A stretch of 64,000 nucleotides of DNA from Utricularia gibba (taxonomy: Eukaryota; Plantae; Magnoliophyta). Under the pieces are notes generated by a model. The model saw nothing but the letters and a program-made list of their open reading frames with translations, was not told the origin of the DNA and searched no databases. The position numbers were made by a program, and so were the translations under genes. Within the stretch, counting starts at the first letter, position 1. Every line of letters begins with the position of its first letter. Shown in pieces: positions 7,150-20,942 of this stretch. The stretch covers positions 2,046,001-2,110,000 of the forward strand of contig CM007992.1 in NCBI GenBank assembly GCA_002189035.1, read 5' to 3'.

Positions 7150-9560
7150 GATAAAAGAGCATAGCGTTCTAAACATCCTCTTTGTTATCTTCTTTGTTCA
7201 TTGAGTACAAGCAATGCATTAGCAAACTACAGTTCCAGTTTGTATCATCTCTTTAGTTCTATAGCTTTCACGGTTGTTATTAGAGCAAGGTTCATGCAAC
7301 TTAATCAAGTGTTGTGTGAAAATTCGATGGTGAGAATTCTGCTATTTGGATTATTCAAATGAAAGTATATATTTATGCAATGATGTTGTGGGAGACAATA
7401 AACTTGCTGATCCAAATAGAGAAGCTATCAATGTCTCTTTAGTAAGAGTGAAGTGAGCTAAAAAACTGCAAACCATAGAAGGCTAATGGTGCTTTATTCT
7501 AGTATAGACAAATCCATTATTCTATGAATGTTAGCTTGCAAATGTTGGTAATTTGAGGGAGATGAGCATTCTATGGAAATTCATATTGCAAATTTGGAGA
7601 TGAAGTATGAGAGCATGCATATGCTACCTTGTAAAACCATCAATGCATATGTTGATCGAAAGAGGGGGGTAAAAGAAGGGGCTAAACTACCTCTCTTTCA
7701 GAAATTAGCAGGTGCAGGGGGAGGCAACAGCAAAGGCATTATTTCAGAAATCGAATTCGTCTCTATCTTTTAACCATTGTGTATAGCCCTCAAGTTTTGT
7801 ATCTTATTTTTACCGCTTGTTTTGGTTGATATTTTTTTCAAATCTTGTGCTTTGTAAATGGAGCATATTTTTATGTTCATTTTTTATTTTTATATTCTCT
7901 TTATGTTGAAAAGTTTATGATTCTCTTTTTTATTCACTTATGTGTTTTTTCATTGAATACGTACAAATTACAATGGTTAAAAATAAGACCCTAAATTGAT
8001 AAAGTTGTTCTTTAAAATGCTCCTGCAACTTGTAAGCAATACTCACCTAGTATTAAAAAGGAGATTTTGAGTATTTATGTAAAAGATTGTCCTTATGTAA
8101 ATTATGTGCATTGTTATGTGCACCATTTGTAACTTGTCTTAGTTGCAGTCTCAAAAAATGTTCCATCATTGTTTTAATTTTTTCAAAGTTGAATTTTATT
8201 ATAAACACTATTGATGGATCATGAAAAAGACATGATGAACTTCATGATGCTCGAGTTGTTGAGTTATCTAATTTGCTAGCTATTAATAAGCTTAAGACAA
8301 GTCGAGGAGCTAACCAAATTGGTTTGTTACATCGCCCGGGAGATACTAAATGGAGCTCTCACTTGTATTCCATTCGTAGTTTTATGGAGATATTTAATTC
8401 AGTTTCTTCTATTCTTGAAAATATATGAAATGATTCATTTGGTTCTATTCGAGTAGATGGAGATACAATTTCTAATTATTTATTATCTTTTGATTTATAT
8501 TTATCTTATTTTTGATGATGAAGTGTTAGGGATCGCTGATTTGCTTTGTCAAGAATTGCATAAAAAGAAAGAAGATATTGTTAATGCTATTCATTCAATA
8601 GCAACTACAAGACAACTACTACGGAAAATGAGAGATGATGGTTGGATAGCTTTCTTTGGGAAAGTTGTTGAGTTTTGTGAAAGTCATGATATTGATGTCC
8701 TAATATGGATGAGACATATATTACACCCAATGGGTTAGGGCATTGACAAATTGAGCATTTCACTAATGAAAGATACTTCTTAGTTGAAATTTTTTTGGTT
8801 ACCACTAACACTCAATTGCATGAGTTAAGTCACAGGTTCAATGATAATGTTGTGGATATTCTCAAGCTTATGGATTCATTGATTCCAAGTAAGAAGTTTC
8901 AATCTTTTAATGTAACTATGATTTGTCAGTTAGTTGAAGCATATTACATATTTATGTCATTTCTTTGTTGAGACTGATCAACAAAGTAAGTATATCTCCA
9001 TTTATGAGCTACTTTGTTTAATTGTGACTCTTCTACTTACAACAAGCACTGCAGAACGTGCATTTTCTGTTTTGAAGATCATCAAGACAAGATTACAGAA
9101 TAAGATGAGAGACGATTTTCTTACCAACAATATGCTTATATATATTGTAGATGAACTTGCATACAAGTGTTACTATGATGATATTATGAAGAATTTTAAG
9201 AGGATGAAGAAATAGAGAAGAGATCTTTAGGTTTTATTTAATATTTGATAGTATTTTAGTATTGGAGATTAATTTAGTATCTTTTACTATATCTAAAATT
9301 TGTTTTGCTATAAATTTATTTATTGATTTTAAATTAGCACGCTCCACAAATTTGGTCACGATCCGCCACTGTTGATCAATTTATAATGGTAGTAACTCAA
9401 TTGTAGATGCTACTTGATAGGAAGAGTGATTTCACTTTGACAATGAAGATCATGCATACTGTGTTGCCTATTTTTGAGAAAAAAATTTCATCACTTGAGT
9501 GTAGTCCATACTCGAGAAATTGATAGCATTAAGCTATCAAACACCTCCTCAAGCACATTA
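7150..9560 (+). pseudogene. Old copia LTR end, PBS remnant and gag fragment, split by a hAT element
   Basis: PBS-like TGTTATTAGAGC near 7276 and FEGDEHSMEIHIANLEMKYESM. Same family as the gag at 21214-21969; paralog at 58210-58785. Confidence 0.7.
7660..9371 (+). mobile_element. hAT DNA transposon (Tip100/ZMYM1-like), internally deleted, transposase pseudogene
   Basis: Right TIR GATCCGCCACTG (9360-9371; rc CAGTGGCGGATC), left TIR eroded. 8-bp TSD TTGATCGA (7652-7659) / TTGATCAA (9372-9379). hAT dimerisation motif TTSTAERAFSVLKIIKTRLQNKMRDDFL in ORF 8934-9215. Confidence 0.85.
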
Positions 9561-11082
9561 ATGCAGAGCTACTGTAGGAGAGCAAGTCATGGGACGAGCT
9601 TCAAGAGTGAGTATGTTGGAAAATTTGAAGTTACAAACAAGTATCAAGTACCTCTAATGACATGGTCCAAGAATGTGCACCTCACTATAACTCAACTTCA
9701 TCGGCCAAACTTTAAGGGTGAAACTATCTCAACTAAAATCATGACAAATATCAACTCTCCCACTTCCGGATATTTCATTTTTGCTGATGTATTTAAGGTT
9801 CTTTAGCTTGTAGTTGTTTTTCATGTTTTTGAAGTATTGAATCTCTGATTGAATTAGAGCATTTTGTTTTTTTTTCTGCTTATTCCAAGCATTAGAAGAG
9901 TTTTAATTCATTTTTGCAACCTTGATTTCCATTTGTCTAGTGCATTCATTCACAATTATCATACCCTTGGGTTCTTACACCAGCATGATCATAATCTTCC
10001 CAATCTCTCCCTTTTAAGAACTTCGTGCCTCTAGCCTTGAATTGGTTCTTTTCATTTAGGCCCTCAATTTCAATGATCCTATCTATATCACACTGTAATT
10101 AATAATGCTCTTTCATTCCATTCAAGGGAAATGACAAGAAGAGGTACTATTGATGCTGAGATAGACTTCTTTCATACTCCATAATAATCCTACTTTCTCA
10201 AGATAGCTTTCAATCTTAATACTTCCTTTACTACCTTTTCCAAAAAGAAGAAGGCAACCAAATGCTCTTAGCCTTAGGGAAAAAAATAATGAAAGATTAA
10301 ACAAAGGCGATCATATCATGCGATTTTTTATGTATAGAGAGATCTTGGGCAAGCATTCTAAAGAGATGACACTTTATTGTCCGAATGCATGTTGCGTGAG
10401 TAGATACAAAGCTCATGTTTGTGACATTGCACTTTCCCTGCTCCTTAGACATAGTTTTCCCTCCATTCAAAGATCACATAGGCGATACTATATCACTGTT
10501 TCCCCTGACTTCTGGAAACTGCCTTTCGTCTTATTCATAAGAACGTTAGGCCCTTTAAATAGCATCATGGGGCCCAACGCAACTTCACTTTCAGTCTTCC
10601 AACCTGATAGTAATAGAGACTGCTTTATTTAGATAAGAAGGCAGAGAAAAAGAATCAATCAATGGGATGGATCCACCTTTTGTCAATTTAGGTTGATTTT
10701 GTTTCTCCAGGTTCCTAAGTCAACACCTTACTACTCAGCTTTTAAGTTTTAAGTGCAGCCTGAACCTTTTTACACATTTGAGTAAAGTTAAAAATTGGTC
10801 CGTATCATTAGTGAAGTCTGAGGACCACGACTAATCCTGAAAAGGAATGAATGGGAAAAAAATAGCATGTTGCATTAATGAAGTGTTCGTAGGATATTTT
10901 GTTCTTATCAGATAGTTCCATAACCGTGTTCCAATTCTTGGAACTCAAAATGTCGGGTCAAAATGGATAGAGGTGGGGGCTTTACGGTTTCAATTAATTA
11001 AAATAAAGAAAAAAACAACCAGCTTCTCTTTTCAATTCGGAAAATTAACGATCTAATTAGACGTTCAAACTTGCATACTACT

Positions 11083-11190
11083 TGATAAGTGATTTTGGTA
11101 TTCCAACACATGTTATTTCATTACTCTTCAATGTTATTTTTACTTACTGTACATTCCACTATATCATTATTTTCAATTGATTTTGTATTA
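11083..11190 (+). repeat. Short 5' fragment of the Athila-like LTR family found at 25232, 32730 and 37680 (opposite orientation)
   Basis: TGATAAGTGATTTTG...TTTTCAATTGATTTTG aligns to the reverse complement of the right ends of those LTRs. Confidence 0.6.
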
Positions 11191-12918
11191 TTTATATTAT
11201 TTTTTTTACCAACGCACTCTTTATTACCACATAACCCTAAGTAAATGTGAGAAAATCTCATATTGATCTCAAGCATCAAAAGAGATTGGCTCAATGGGCA
11301 CTGTTGGAAAGGTGCATTCTGTTTAATTTGTATGTAAGGTGTGAGATGTGAGAATTAGATTCGAATGTAAGAAAAACATGGATTATCACAAGAAATGAAA
11401 CAAATCTGATGATATGGTTTATTATATAATCTTACTTAACGAGAAATGGTGTTATAACATTTACCAAATAGCACTACTTTAAAATAACATATTCAAAATT
11501 TGCGTAACGATGTCAATTATCAAGATTTGCGCACATACACATGAGTGAGTTCTAGCAAAATGAATTCTAAATCCAAAGTTAATTTTATATTGTTTTGAAA
11601 ACCAGTCTTTTTTTTATTTTTTTTAATGCAAAATCAATATAAGTACATCACAAAGAAAAATACTTGGCCACCTCGGACGGTGTGTTGATTTCATCTCCAT
11701 TGTTGGAGAAATTCCACCAGCACAAATTTCCCTATGGATAGGATCGAAAATGCGTTCACAATTCACAAAACAACCCATCATTTTTTGGTTTATTGTATAT
11801 GTAACGAAACAGACGGGGTGGTTTGATACGAGTATTGGAGATTAGTCGGGATTTAATTCATTTCAATATATATAAATAGATATCATGAGTTCAGTGAATA
11901 AAATATTTTTTTCATGTGTATTAATATTATTAATATTTATTTGTAACATTTATTTGATATTATGATTTAAAATCTAAGGAATAATTTTATACGTAAAATT
12001 ACATTTACATTCTTATTAAAAACATTTAAAATACTATATCGACTACAAAATCTAATCTCAAAATCTGATGTTTTCTTTCTTTTTTAAAATATCAGATGAG
12101 CACCACTATTCCTATCACGATGCTCACAACAATAATTTAATTCAAGTCACATACCTGATCTTTGATTTTTATTTTATTATTACAATATTGCTTATTAAAA
12201 AAATATCACTTTTTTTTTTTTAGCAAAAGATGTTTTGGATTTAAAAAAGGCTACCTGCCCCTCAGTTTATATTTACCTACGCGTATGGTTTTGTATCTAG
12301 CTTATTATATTCATCAGATAAAATATACGTGAGCAAATTATTAATCTCATATTTAAACTCACCTTAAGTCAGGTACCAAATACCCTCCATTAGGATAATT
12401 TGTTACTTTTCAAATTATCTCTCCATTAAGAGAATTTAAGTAGCCGAAGTGCTAATTAGTTGAGGAGAAACTAATCTAATTGGTGACTATTGACATTTAT
12501 AATGATTGATCATAGATCAAAATTGCTATTCGTTCTGGTTAAAATTCTTCCTATTAATCTGTAAATTTTTCTCAGATACATGAAAATGATTCAGTTCCAA
12601 AGTTAAAGATTGTAGTTCTCTAACAAGCAAAACGATTTTGGAATAGCCCCGATGCAAGCTCGAATATGACCAGATTGTATGAGCAACACCAAATTTTTGG
12701 AGCCCAAACAACCATTTCTCCCACTCGCTGTCCCCCTTGTTTTGCCCCCTACTCTAAGGGATTGTTGCACAAGAAGTCTATCGTATTCCAGAGATCCAAA
12801 TAAAGGATATAGCAGAACTCATACGCCGCAAGGCGCGACTAGAAGGAGCCACTCTTTTTATCTTGAATTACCCACCCGGAGGGGATTCAATACAACTCTG
12901 AAAGGGCTGGGATGAAGA

Positions 12919-15900
12919 TGCACAAGAACACGATTTGGGATTTCTTCTCTTGTGAAAGAAAATGAACACAGCAGTATATGTACAAACAAAAGGGAAAATA
13001 GAATAAATAAAATGAATATAATTATACATTATTAATATATAATAAAATTTTCAGCTTGTTTTTTGTACACGATTATTTGCATCCTCATTTCACATCTTTA
13101 TCATTCAACATCAGGTAGGAACACGAGGTTATGAGTTTGATGGGTTGGAGGTTGGAGAAAAAATTAGAAGAATGGTACATATGTGAATTGGCTCTAATGT
13201 CTACTACCTATTCCCAAGATTTCATACAAGATATATCAGAATCATCAGTGAGCATGCACTTCGTTGTACTAGAGTAACAAGCGTCTCCAAAACATAAAGG
13301 GTGCAAACTAAGGTTTGAAGCATTACTAATAAAATCATCAAAACCGGCAAAGTTGGCCTTGGTTTGATCTCATGGAAGAATGTGTAGTCCAATATCTCTC
13401 ATGAATTCTTGCTTAATAAACTGTGCAGTTTTAGTGTTGATACCTGCACTACAAGAAAGATCTCCAACCAATGATATATTAGAAGGATTGGATGGTGGAT
13501 TAATAAACCTGCAGCAACAATAGAGTTAAGTCCAGTGATTGTGCAATGACCATGAGAATGAGTGTTTTGCCCTTGGTTTTCTCTAGCTGGTCGCTTCCGA
13601 AGTTTCAAGTACCAATCAGGCCATACAGATTCCAACACTCCTTTGAAACTAGTCTCTCTCAAATGATCGTTTTTCTTGCATTTTGTACAATAAGGATTCT
13701 TCTTTTCCACATATTTTGTCATGAGTAAATTCTTTTGAGAAAAGATATCAATAGGTAACATCATTCCCATCAAGGCAGATTCAGAGAGCATTGAATCTTT
13801 ACGTTGAAGGGTTTTAGCATTCAACATAATTGAGAAGGCCTCATCCAAGGAGGGTGTTTTATCCATGACCATGATCAAATTACAGGATACCTCAAATGAA
13901 TCATTCAAACCAGATAAGAAATGAGTTAAACGAATCATGTACACGCTATTGTTGTCCTCCAATTCAATACTAATTTGTTGCACTTGATAATAGGCAAGAG
14001 ACTCTCAATTTCCTTCCATAAACTTTTCTAAGTGATAAATTGCCTTGAGACAGGGAAAAGAGTTCTTTGAAGAGGTGAAAAATATTAGTTGTGCTACATT
14101 TCCCAAAATGACTATCTATGATAACAATAATTTGTAAACTGTAGATTCTTTTATAAAAGTCCTTGCCAAGTCAATATGCATTTGAAGAATGATGAAGATG
14201 TTGCATAAATGAATATTTAGATAGTAAAATCATTCCATTAGAACCAATGACAAAGAGCAAGAATAAAAAGATTCTGTTACACTTAAGATTCTACTCAACA
14301 CTATTGAAATCAAACTTGGACTTGAAGACTTGGCATCAAAGGAGTTCAACTACTTGAAGCTAGATTTATCTTAGAGCCCAAAACATCTCTTCATCTTTGA
14401 TGTATACTATTGGACTTGTTAGTCTTTCCTTTTTATTTAGTTTACGCTTAGTAATATTTGAACTCAATTTAGGTATAAATACTCTAAAGACATACTCCGA
14501 GAAAGAACTTTAGCTTACTTCATGAATCTTGTAAGAAATTTTCTCTTTTTTTAATATTTGAACACTCTTGACTTATCAAGTTCATAAGGTTATGGTATCC
14601 AAGTATTATCACTTCCAATTTCTTCTTCTTCTGAAGCGTGGCTCCTAATTTCTTCTTTCTTTTATAGTCTGATTGCAAAAGATTCATTCTTTTGAAGGTA
14701 GACTTAGATATGTTCTTTTCTAAACATCACATCTCCTAATGTTTGTGAATTGCTAATCTCTTTAGTTAGAGGGTCATATCAAATAATAAAGCCAAGCTTA
14801 TATTTTCAATCCACGACAAACGTGACCAGATGGCTCATGCTTAAAATTTGTAGAACTAAGTGGAAGATTTACCAATTTAGAACCTGGGTTATCAGCAATA
14901 ATGAGAAGGTAAGTACGATTACTGATAGCACACAAATTTTCAGGTTTTTAGGATATGAAAATCATGAGTTTTTAATTATGTTTTGTTATTTATTTTATAG
15001 TTTTAAGTATTTTTATATAAAATTTAGAAAAATGTGATTTTTGGTATGTCAATAGGCTAAATCCTTTGATTTACCCCACCCATATTCTAACCCGATTTTG
15101 AGCCCACCAGCCACTCGAAAATCATGGAAAAGTCAAGGATTTCGTATAAGTTACCACACAGCAGGAAGCAATGAATACACTGTCCTGACAGCAGTCTGCA
15201 AGTCAGGGACAGGATTAGTGGAAATGTCAGAGAATTTACTTGCCTTAGACAATGGGAGGCGAGAGAAAGGGAGAGGAGAGAGAATTGCAAGGGAAAAACG
15301 CGTTTTTTCAAAATACACACAAGGGGTTTTCCCTCCAACCTTCAATGTTGGGGAGAGCAACTCCTTCACCAACAACAACACCTCCAACACGAAGAACCCC
15401 GACCAGAAGAAGAGAAGAAGAATTTCATCCTCAAGAATAGCATCAGAACCAATTTAGCACTACTATTTCGGTCCAAGAACAGTAGCAGACAGAAACTAGG
15501 CTTCTTACGACTTTGTTTTCGTTTGTTGATGTTTTTAGTTTCTACAACCAACTTCTACACAAGGTTCTTGAAATTCTCTCTATTTTATGTTAATGCCATT
15601 ACTTTTTACCTTTTAAATATGAGTAGCTTGAACTTTAGGAATGTCTTATGGTGAAGCATGGTGGTGTGGGTCTATGATTCTTAATAAAATTCATCATTGT
15701 TTCCTAGTTCTTGTTTCTATCATTCTATGGGTAGACCTAAGGAGGGAAACAAGTAACTTCGTAACTAAGAAGCTTGGTTTAGAGGTAGACCAACAAATCA
15801 AGGCGGCCGCAGTAGGTGTTAGTCCAGAGTAGAACTAGTAAAACCGGGTAGACCTAGTTTTATACACTTTGCATGCAGGTAGACCTAATTGTAAGCTTGG

Positions 15901-16695
15901 TGATGACATTGGGGATTAGCTTAGCTGAGGATATGACAAATAACCTAGGTAGATTTAGCTTATTTGAAGTTGTTAGTGTAGGAACATGAGAATTTACGTC
16001 AGACATTTTAACACCACACCAACTGCAAGTACTTAAAGCATCTTCGTATTATTCTGAGTTAGAACCAGTCCTTGTTACGTTTAGCGTTAAGACATGATAT
16101 TGTTTACTGATCTTGTTTACCACTATTGGTCCGAGCTTAAACTAAGATTCACTGTTATTCCGAATTGTGTATTTACTAAAACACTTAGGGAGCATAAGCT
16201 CTTCGTGATCTACCCCGACATTCATTATACAAGTTTTCTAAATTTGTATTTTGTGTAGATTAGGGACTATAAATTTATTTGATACGAAAATTTGGTTTTA
16301 TTGCAACGACATTGCAAAAATTTTCGTTTATCAATTACACATATCATTATCCCCAAAAATTCACAGCAGCCTTGGAGTCGATGGTCTTTGAAGAAGAATA
16401 GAGAGAATCAATGAGATTTTGATGGTAAATTCCTCCATATCCAATGAAGAGGAAAAGATAAGTGTGATGAATGTGGTTGTGATAGCATGAACAAGAACAT
16501 GATTTGGGATTTTTTTCTTTTGTGAAAGAAAATGAACACAACAATATATATACAAAGGATAGGGAAAAAGAATAAAGAAAATGAATATAATTATATAATA
16601 TTAATATATAATAAAAATTTTATCTTCTTTTCTGTACATGATCATTTGCACCCTCAACAGGTTTGTATCCTCATTCACGTCTTTGTCATTCAACA
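12919..16695 (-). mobile_element. Degenerate copia element with about 200-bp LTRs (12919-13110 and 16488-16695); most of pol deleted
   Basis: Shared LTR text TG(C/A)ACAAGAAC...TCATTCAACA. Eroded rc PBS GTTGTGATAGCA at 16476-16487. Gag motifs YLLIIADNPGSKLV (about 14870-14910) and FLSGLNDSF...PSLDEAFS (ORF 13399-13983). TSD not preserved. Confidence 0.75.
14923..16333 (+). mobile_element. Solo LTR, 1411 bp (gypsy/Athila-like, inferred), inserted in the gag of the element above
   Basis: TGATAGCAC...CGTTTATCA with perfect TSD ATTAC (14918-14922 and 16334-16338). Confidence 0.88.
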
Positions 16696-17289
16696 GTCCT
16701 GTCAGAAAGTTCAAAGGCGAATGGAGTATGGTGACCAATTAAACCAAATAAGCCTTGTCCACCGGTATCTCAGCAGTTCTTACTGTTGTTTTTACAGATC
16801 TTCCTTCTTATACTATCAAAGCATCACCCAGTTACAATACCAACATTATTTGGTTCCAAATTAAGAACAATACCTACTTGAAGTATTGCTATATTAACTT
16901 TTCTTGAATTATTTTTTATGGAATATCATTCAAGAATATTTCTAATTTCACCAAATGGACCAATTAGTAACTCAAGATTCCATACTTCTATAAAATGGAA
17001 AAGAAAGTGATCTGGAAAAGAAGTCTATAGATACAAGATAGAAAAAGTAGTGAATCGTAATCTTTTGCCATTTTGAACCTACTAATTTTGAATTAGGTTA
17101 CTTCATTTGGATTTTATGTCATTAAATAGTTTTTTTCAAAGTAACTTCTAGACAAGATATAAAACCTATAATAAAATAAGTATTTTTTTCATTTTTTAAT
17201 ATATAAGATAGCTTGTGTAAGGACTTAGGAAAACACATTACGTCAGTTTCTTTAAATTTTCCTAGTCCAATTAGGTTTATGTGTTTGGG

Positions 17290-18373
17290 GAGTTCTATTA
17301 AGCAGGGAGACCATATCGGGGGTTTGGTCATATTAATAAACAATGCTTGATCTTTTACTTCAAGGGGAAAATTTTTCAAGAAAACATGAGTAGCAGTTGT
17401 GCATAATAAGAGGGAAATAGGAGGATAAAAAAGGAAGAACCATTAGTAAGTTGAGAAGTGTTTGAATTTTATGCAACCACATACCCTTCAAGTACTATAA
17501 TAACTTTTTACGAGTTTTGATAGAAGCAAAAGAGGGATGGCAAGCAATGCACTATAACCCAAACATACACTAAGACAGTGATTAGAAAATTTTAGTCTGA
17601 AATATGTGCTAATGATGCAAATAAATTCTTAGATAAGGAGTTCCCAAGTATAGAAAAGGTGTAATGAAGGATTAAATCAAGGTAAGTGGGATGAATGTCC
17701 GTGAGTACCTAAAAACTATTTTACAAGAATAATTTTTGGAAGAGAAAAACTATTTTCTATGATATATGTAATTTTTGTACTATGTTATTTCACTTTCTGA
17801 TATTTGTAAAAGTTTTAGCTTTTATATGTCTAGTCTTCTTGCAATTTTAGGGTATAGTAGAATGTAAAGTGGAATGAAGTTTAGGATTTTAGAAACTGAT
17901 AGATATGGTGAGTTTACACTAAATAAGTTGATGACTTTTGCAATGAGATGAGTATTAGTAAACCCTTGAATCATTTTGGAATCACTTGAAAAGACTAACA
18001 TTGGAGGATATTATAAATCTTTTCATTACATATGATATAAACTGTTTTTTAAATCTGTGTGAACTCTTTTAAGTCTCAAAAGAAAGTTGATATCTCTACG
18101 CAAACAACTTCTTTTTATGTGCTTCTTTGTGAGTCTGGAATTGTATCAGTTTGGCTTGATCATTTGAGCTGGTTATCAGAGCTGGTCTGCTCTTGTACTA
18201 AAACATTATTTTAGTGAAGTTTTCATACCTGGTGAGGATTCACCCCTGGTTTTTTCCGCAAGGGTTTCTATGTCAAAATTGCTTCGTGTTCTTTACAGTT
18301 TTAGCACCCAAGATCCATCACGTTTTTGCTATTTTATTGAACCTTCAAATTTTCTGAAGTTTTTGATCCTACA
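17290..18373 (+). mobile_element. SIRE/Maximus-like 3' non-coding region, PPT remnant and LTR part (about 18012-18373)
   Basis: Several purine tracts; the paralog has CATGGGAGGAGAT+TATAAATC at 61714-61734. U5-type CCTGGTTTTTTCCGCAAGGGTTTCTATGTC motif and ...ATCCTACA end. Confidence 0.45.
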
Positions 18374-18944
18374 ATATACACATAAGAAAGGGATTATGTT
18401 TATTCTGTATATGGCAACTCATGCTTGACAAACTTCTAATTAAAGTCTCCAAAAACAACTCGGGTGCATATTTAATTCAAGACAATTTAACACACACAGG
18501 TATAAATGGGATTGGGTCTTGCTTCACATCTTGCAGTAGCATTGATAAATAATTTTGTCTCAATTATATTTATGTTTTTACAACTCTGTTAGATCGGTTT
18601 GCATTTATTTTATTTTATTTTATTTTTAGTTAAATTTTATATTTTTTACATTAATTTGTGTTTTTTAAAGATAAAATGTATTTTCTGATTTTTCAAGATA
18701 ATATCAACTTATCTTGAAGGAAATCAGAATGAACTTGATGCAGTCAAAAATTTAGTCTTTACGAATAAAGACTTGATGAAATATTCTCAATTAAGATAAG
18801 ATTGGATCTTATCTAAAAAAATTTAGATATAAGATTTAATAGGAGAACATCAAGAACATAATTTCGTATGATAAATTTGATAATAGAGACATTTTAATTC
18901 TGGATTTGATATAAATCCAAAATTTCCATTTATTCACCAATATG

Positions 18945-20330
18945 ATAGGTTTTAAGAAAATCTATCTTATTTTTTTAATACTTTCGTATTTACTATATAT
19001 AAAAAATGAAAAATTTGTAAACTAAACCAATCAAATATTCTAAATAATTCTAATCCAATTATTTTTTATCCAGTTTAACAAATTAGACCTAGATATTTCA
19101 TACTATTTCCTTTTGGAATATCTTGAATCCGAATCTGAACTAGTTAATTGAATTGTTGTATTGTATCAGCTCGGATTTCAGTAGAATGAACAAGACTCCC
19201 CAAAGCACTGTGATTCACATTTTGAACATTCCACTCTCATATGGGACGAAATCAACTTAACCTGTTTTCAAAGACTGTTGCGTCATTCCGCTTGTTGACG
19301 AACCAGATGTCACTTTGGGACGAGGGAGAAGAGGAACTTCTTTAAGTATATGTTTACTAGGGAGGAGATTTGGATCAATGAAACAATCAATTCCCAAAAT
19401 AGATTTTAAAATGATTATCGAATTCATGGAGTAGCTTTATGTTTTGAAAGAACTTGATTATGGAAAGTAAGTAATTTGAGGATTTCACCAATTCTTTTTT
19501 TCCTAATGAACGATTTTTCGAGAAAAAAACTCATTTTTTATCGATTTTTATTCTTTTTCAAATTCTTTTTCTATGTAATGATTCTATTATATTCCCAATT
19601 CCACCATGAATTCAACATGCTCGAAAAATGGATTTTGAGTCACATTGCAATTAACCTAATCAATAAAAATAACAAGAACAAAATATCAATCAAACGAATT
19701 TTATCTACTGCTAATACTTGAACATATTAGAAAAATGGTCAAAACTATGTAAAAAATTTGATTATTATACATTTTTTTTAACTGAATAAGTGAGAGAAAT
19801 GAGAGATTACCTCCTTGCTAAATGACCCGGCGAAAAGTGGCTAAAGAGAACTTGGTGGAAGTCGATTACACAGATAAGGCAAGCACAGCTAAAGACATTG
19901 CAAGTTTTTTCGAGTTTAATTCCAACACAAGAATGAGTCCAATCGTTTGTCTCTATACAGCTCAGACATGAATGTTTCCATTCAAAGCTTGGAGTTTGAA
20001 GGGCCAAATATACAGAACAAAAAGAAGGACCAACCAAAAAACGAAGTAAAAGTGAATAACACTAACCAATCCTTGGGATCCATGAGAGCTCTATGGAACA
20101 GAACGACAGCTCTTGGAAGAACACAAGGGCGGAAGGAAGCATTATGATAGGTCAAGTGCCTTGTTGTCTATAGTTAGAGGTAATTCCTCTTTTCCTTCTC
20201 GTCCATTCACTAGCTGCAAATTTCAATTATTTTATGATAAAAGTGTGCAACTACTAGTAAATCAAAGGAGTGGAAAGAGATAATGGAATAATTTCACCAA
20301 TTACTTTACTGTGAAATCTCTCTTGATCTC
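18945..20330. repeat. Locally duplicated non-coding segment
   Basis: 18945-19960 aligns directly to 24872-25200 plus 26383-27045. 20005-20330 aligns inverted to about 27240-28060 and directly (from about 20080) to 62385-62650. Confidence 0.85.
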
Positions 20331-20942
20331 TTACTGAGAGAGGCTCAGTAGAAGGCCATCCAGGTAGCAAGAGCAATAGCAAGGTGGGCACTGCCTGACA
20401 AGGCGTGCTTCAGTTCAAACATCAACTACGATCAGCATCACAATAGTTGAGATGGCTGTTGAGCACGGGGCATGGGAGACGCGTTTTGGATTGCTTGCAA
20501 ATGCTGAATGAACAAGAAACACCAAAAGGAAACCCTTTTACAGACAAACAGAGCGCAGAATGTGGCACAATGTGTGTGTATCTCAGAGACCAGTTGCTAC
20601 AGTGACGGTAAATTTGAATCCAAAGAACATAGAAATCCAACGATCAGTAAAGAAGAGTATAGTGATAACCAGCAGGGGGCAATTCCATAACGCTCACCGG
20701 CAGCATTCCATAGGGTGGCATCATCGGCGGTATGTCCGAAGTATAATACGCGCCTCCATTGCTGATTTTTTGCCAAACTAGCTTCACCCTACATTCCATA
20801 TTGTCTGCCCTGATGCCACACCATCTGCTCCTGAACCAGAAATTGCTGCTTCTTCTCCATTGTCAAAGAAAAATGATCATTTTTCCATCATCCAACCAGG
20901 TCAAATGCTGGACAGAAGACTACGTTGCCACCTTTCATATTT

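Noticed and set aside
11600-11850. Possible LINE/SINE 3' end (T-rich tract next to GC-richer sequence)
   Set aside because: No A/B boxes, TSD or protein motif could be identified.
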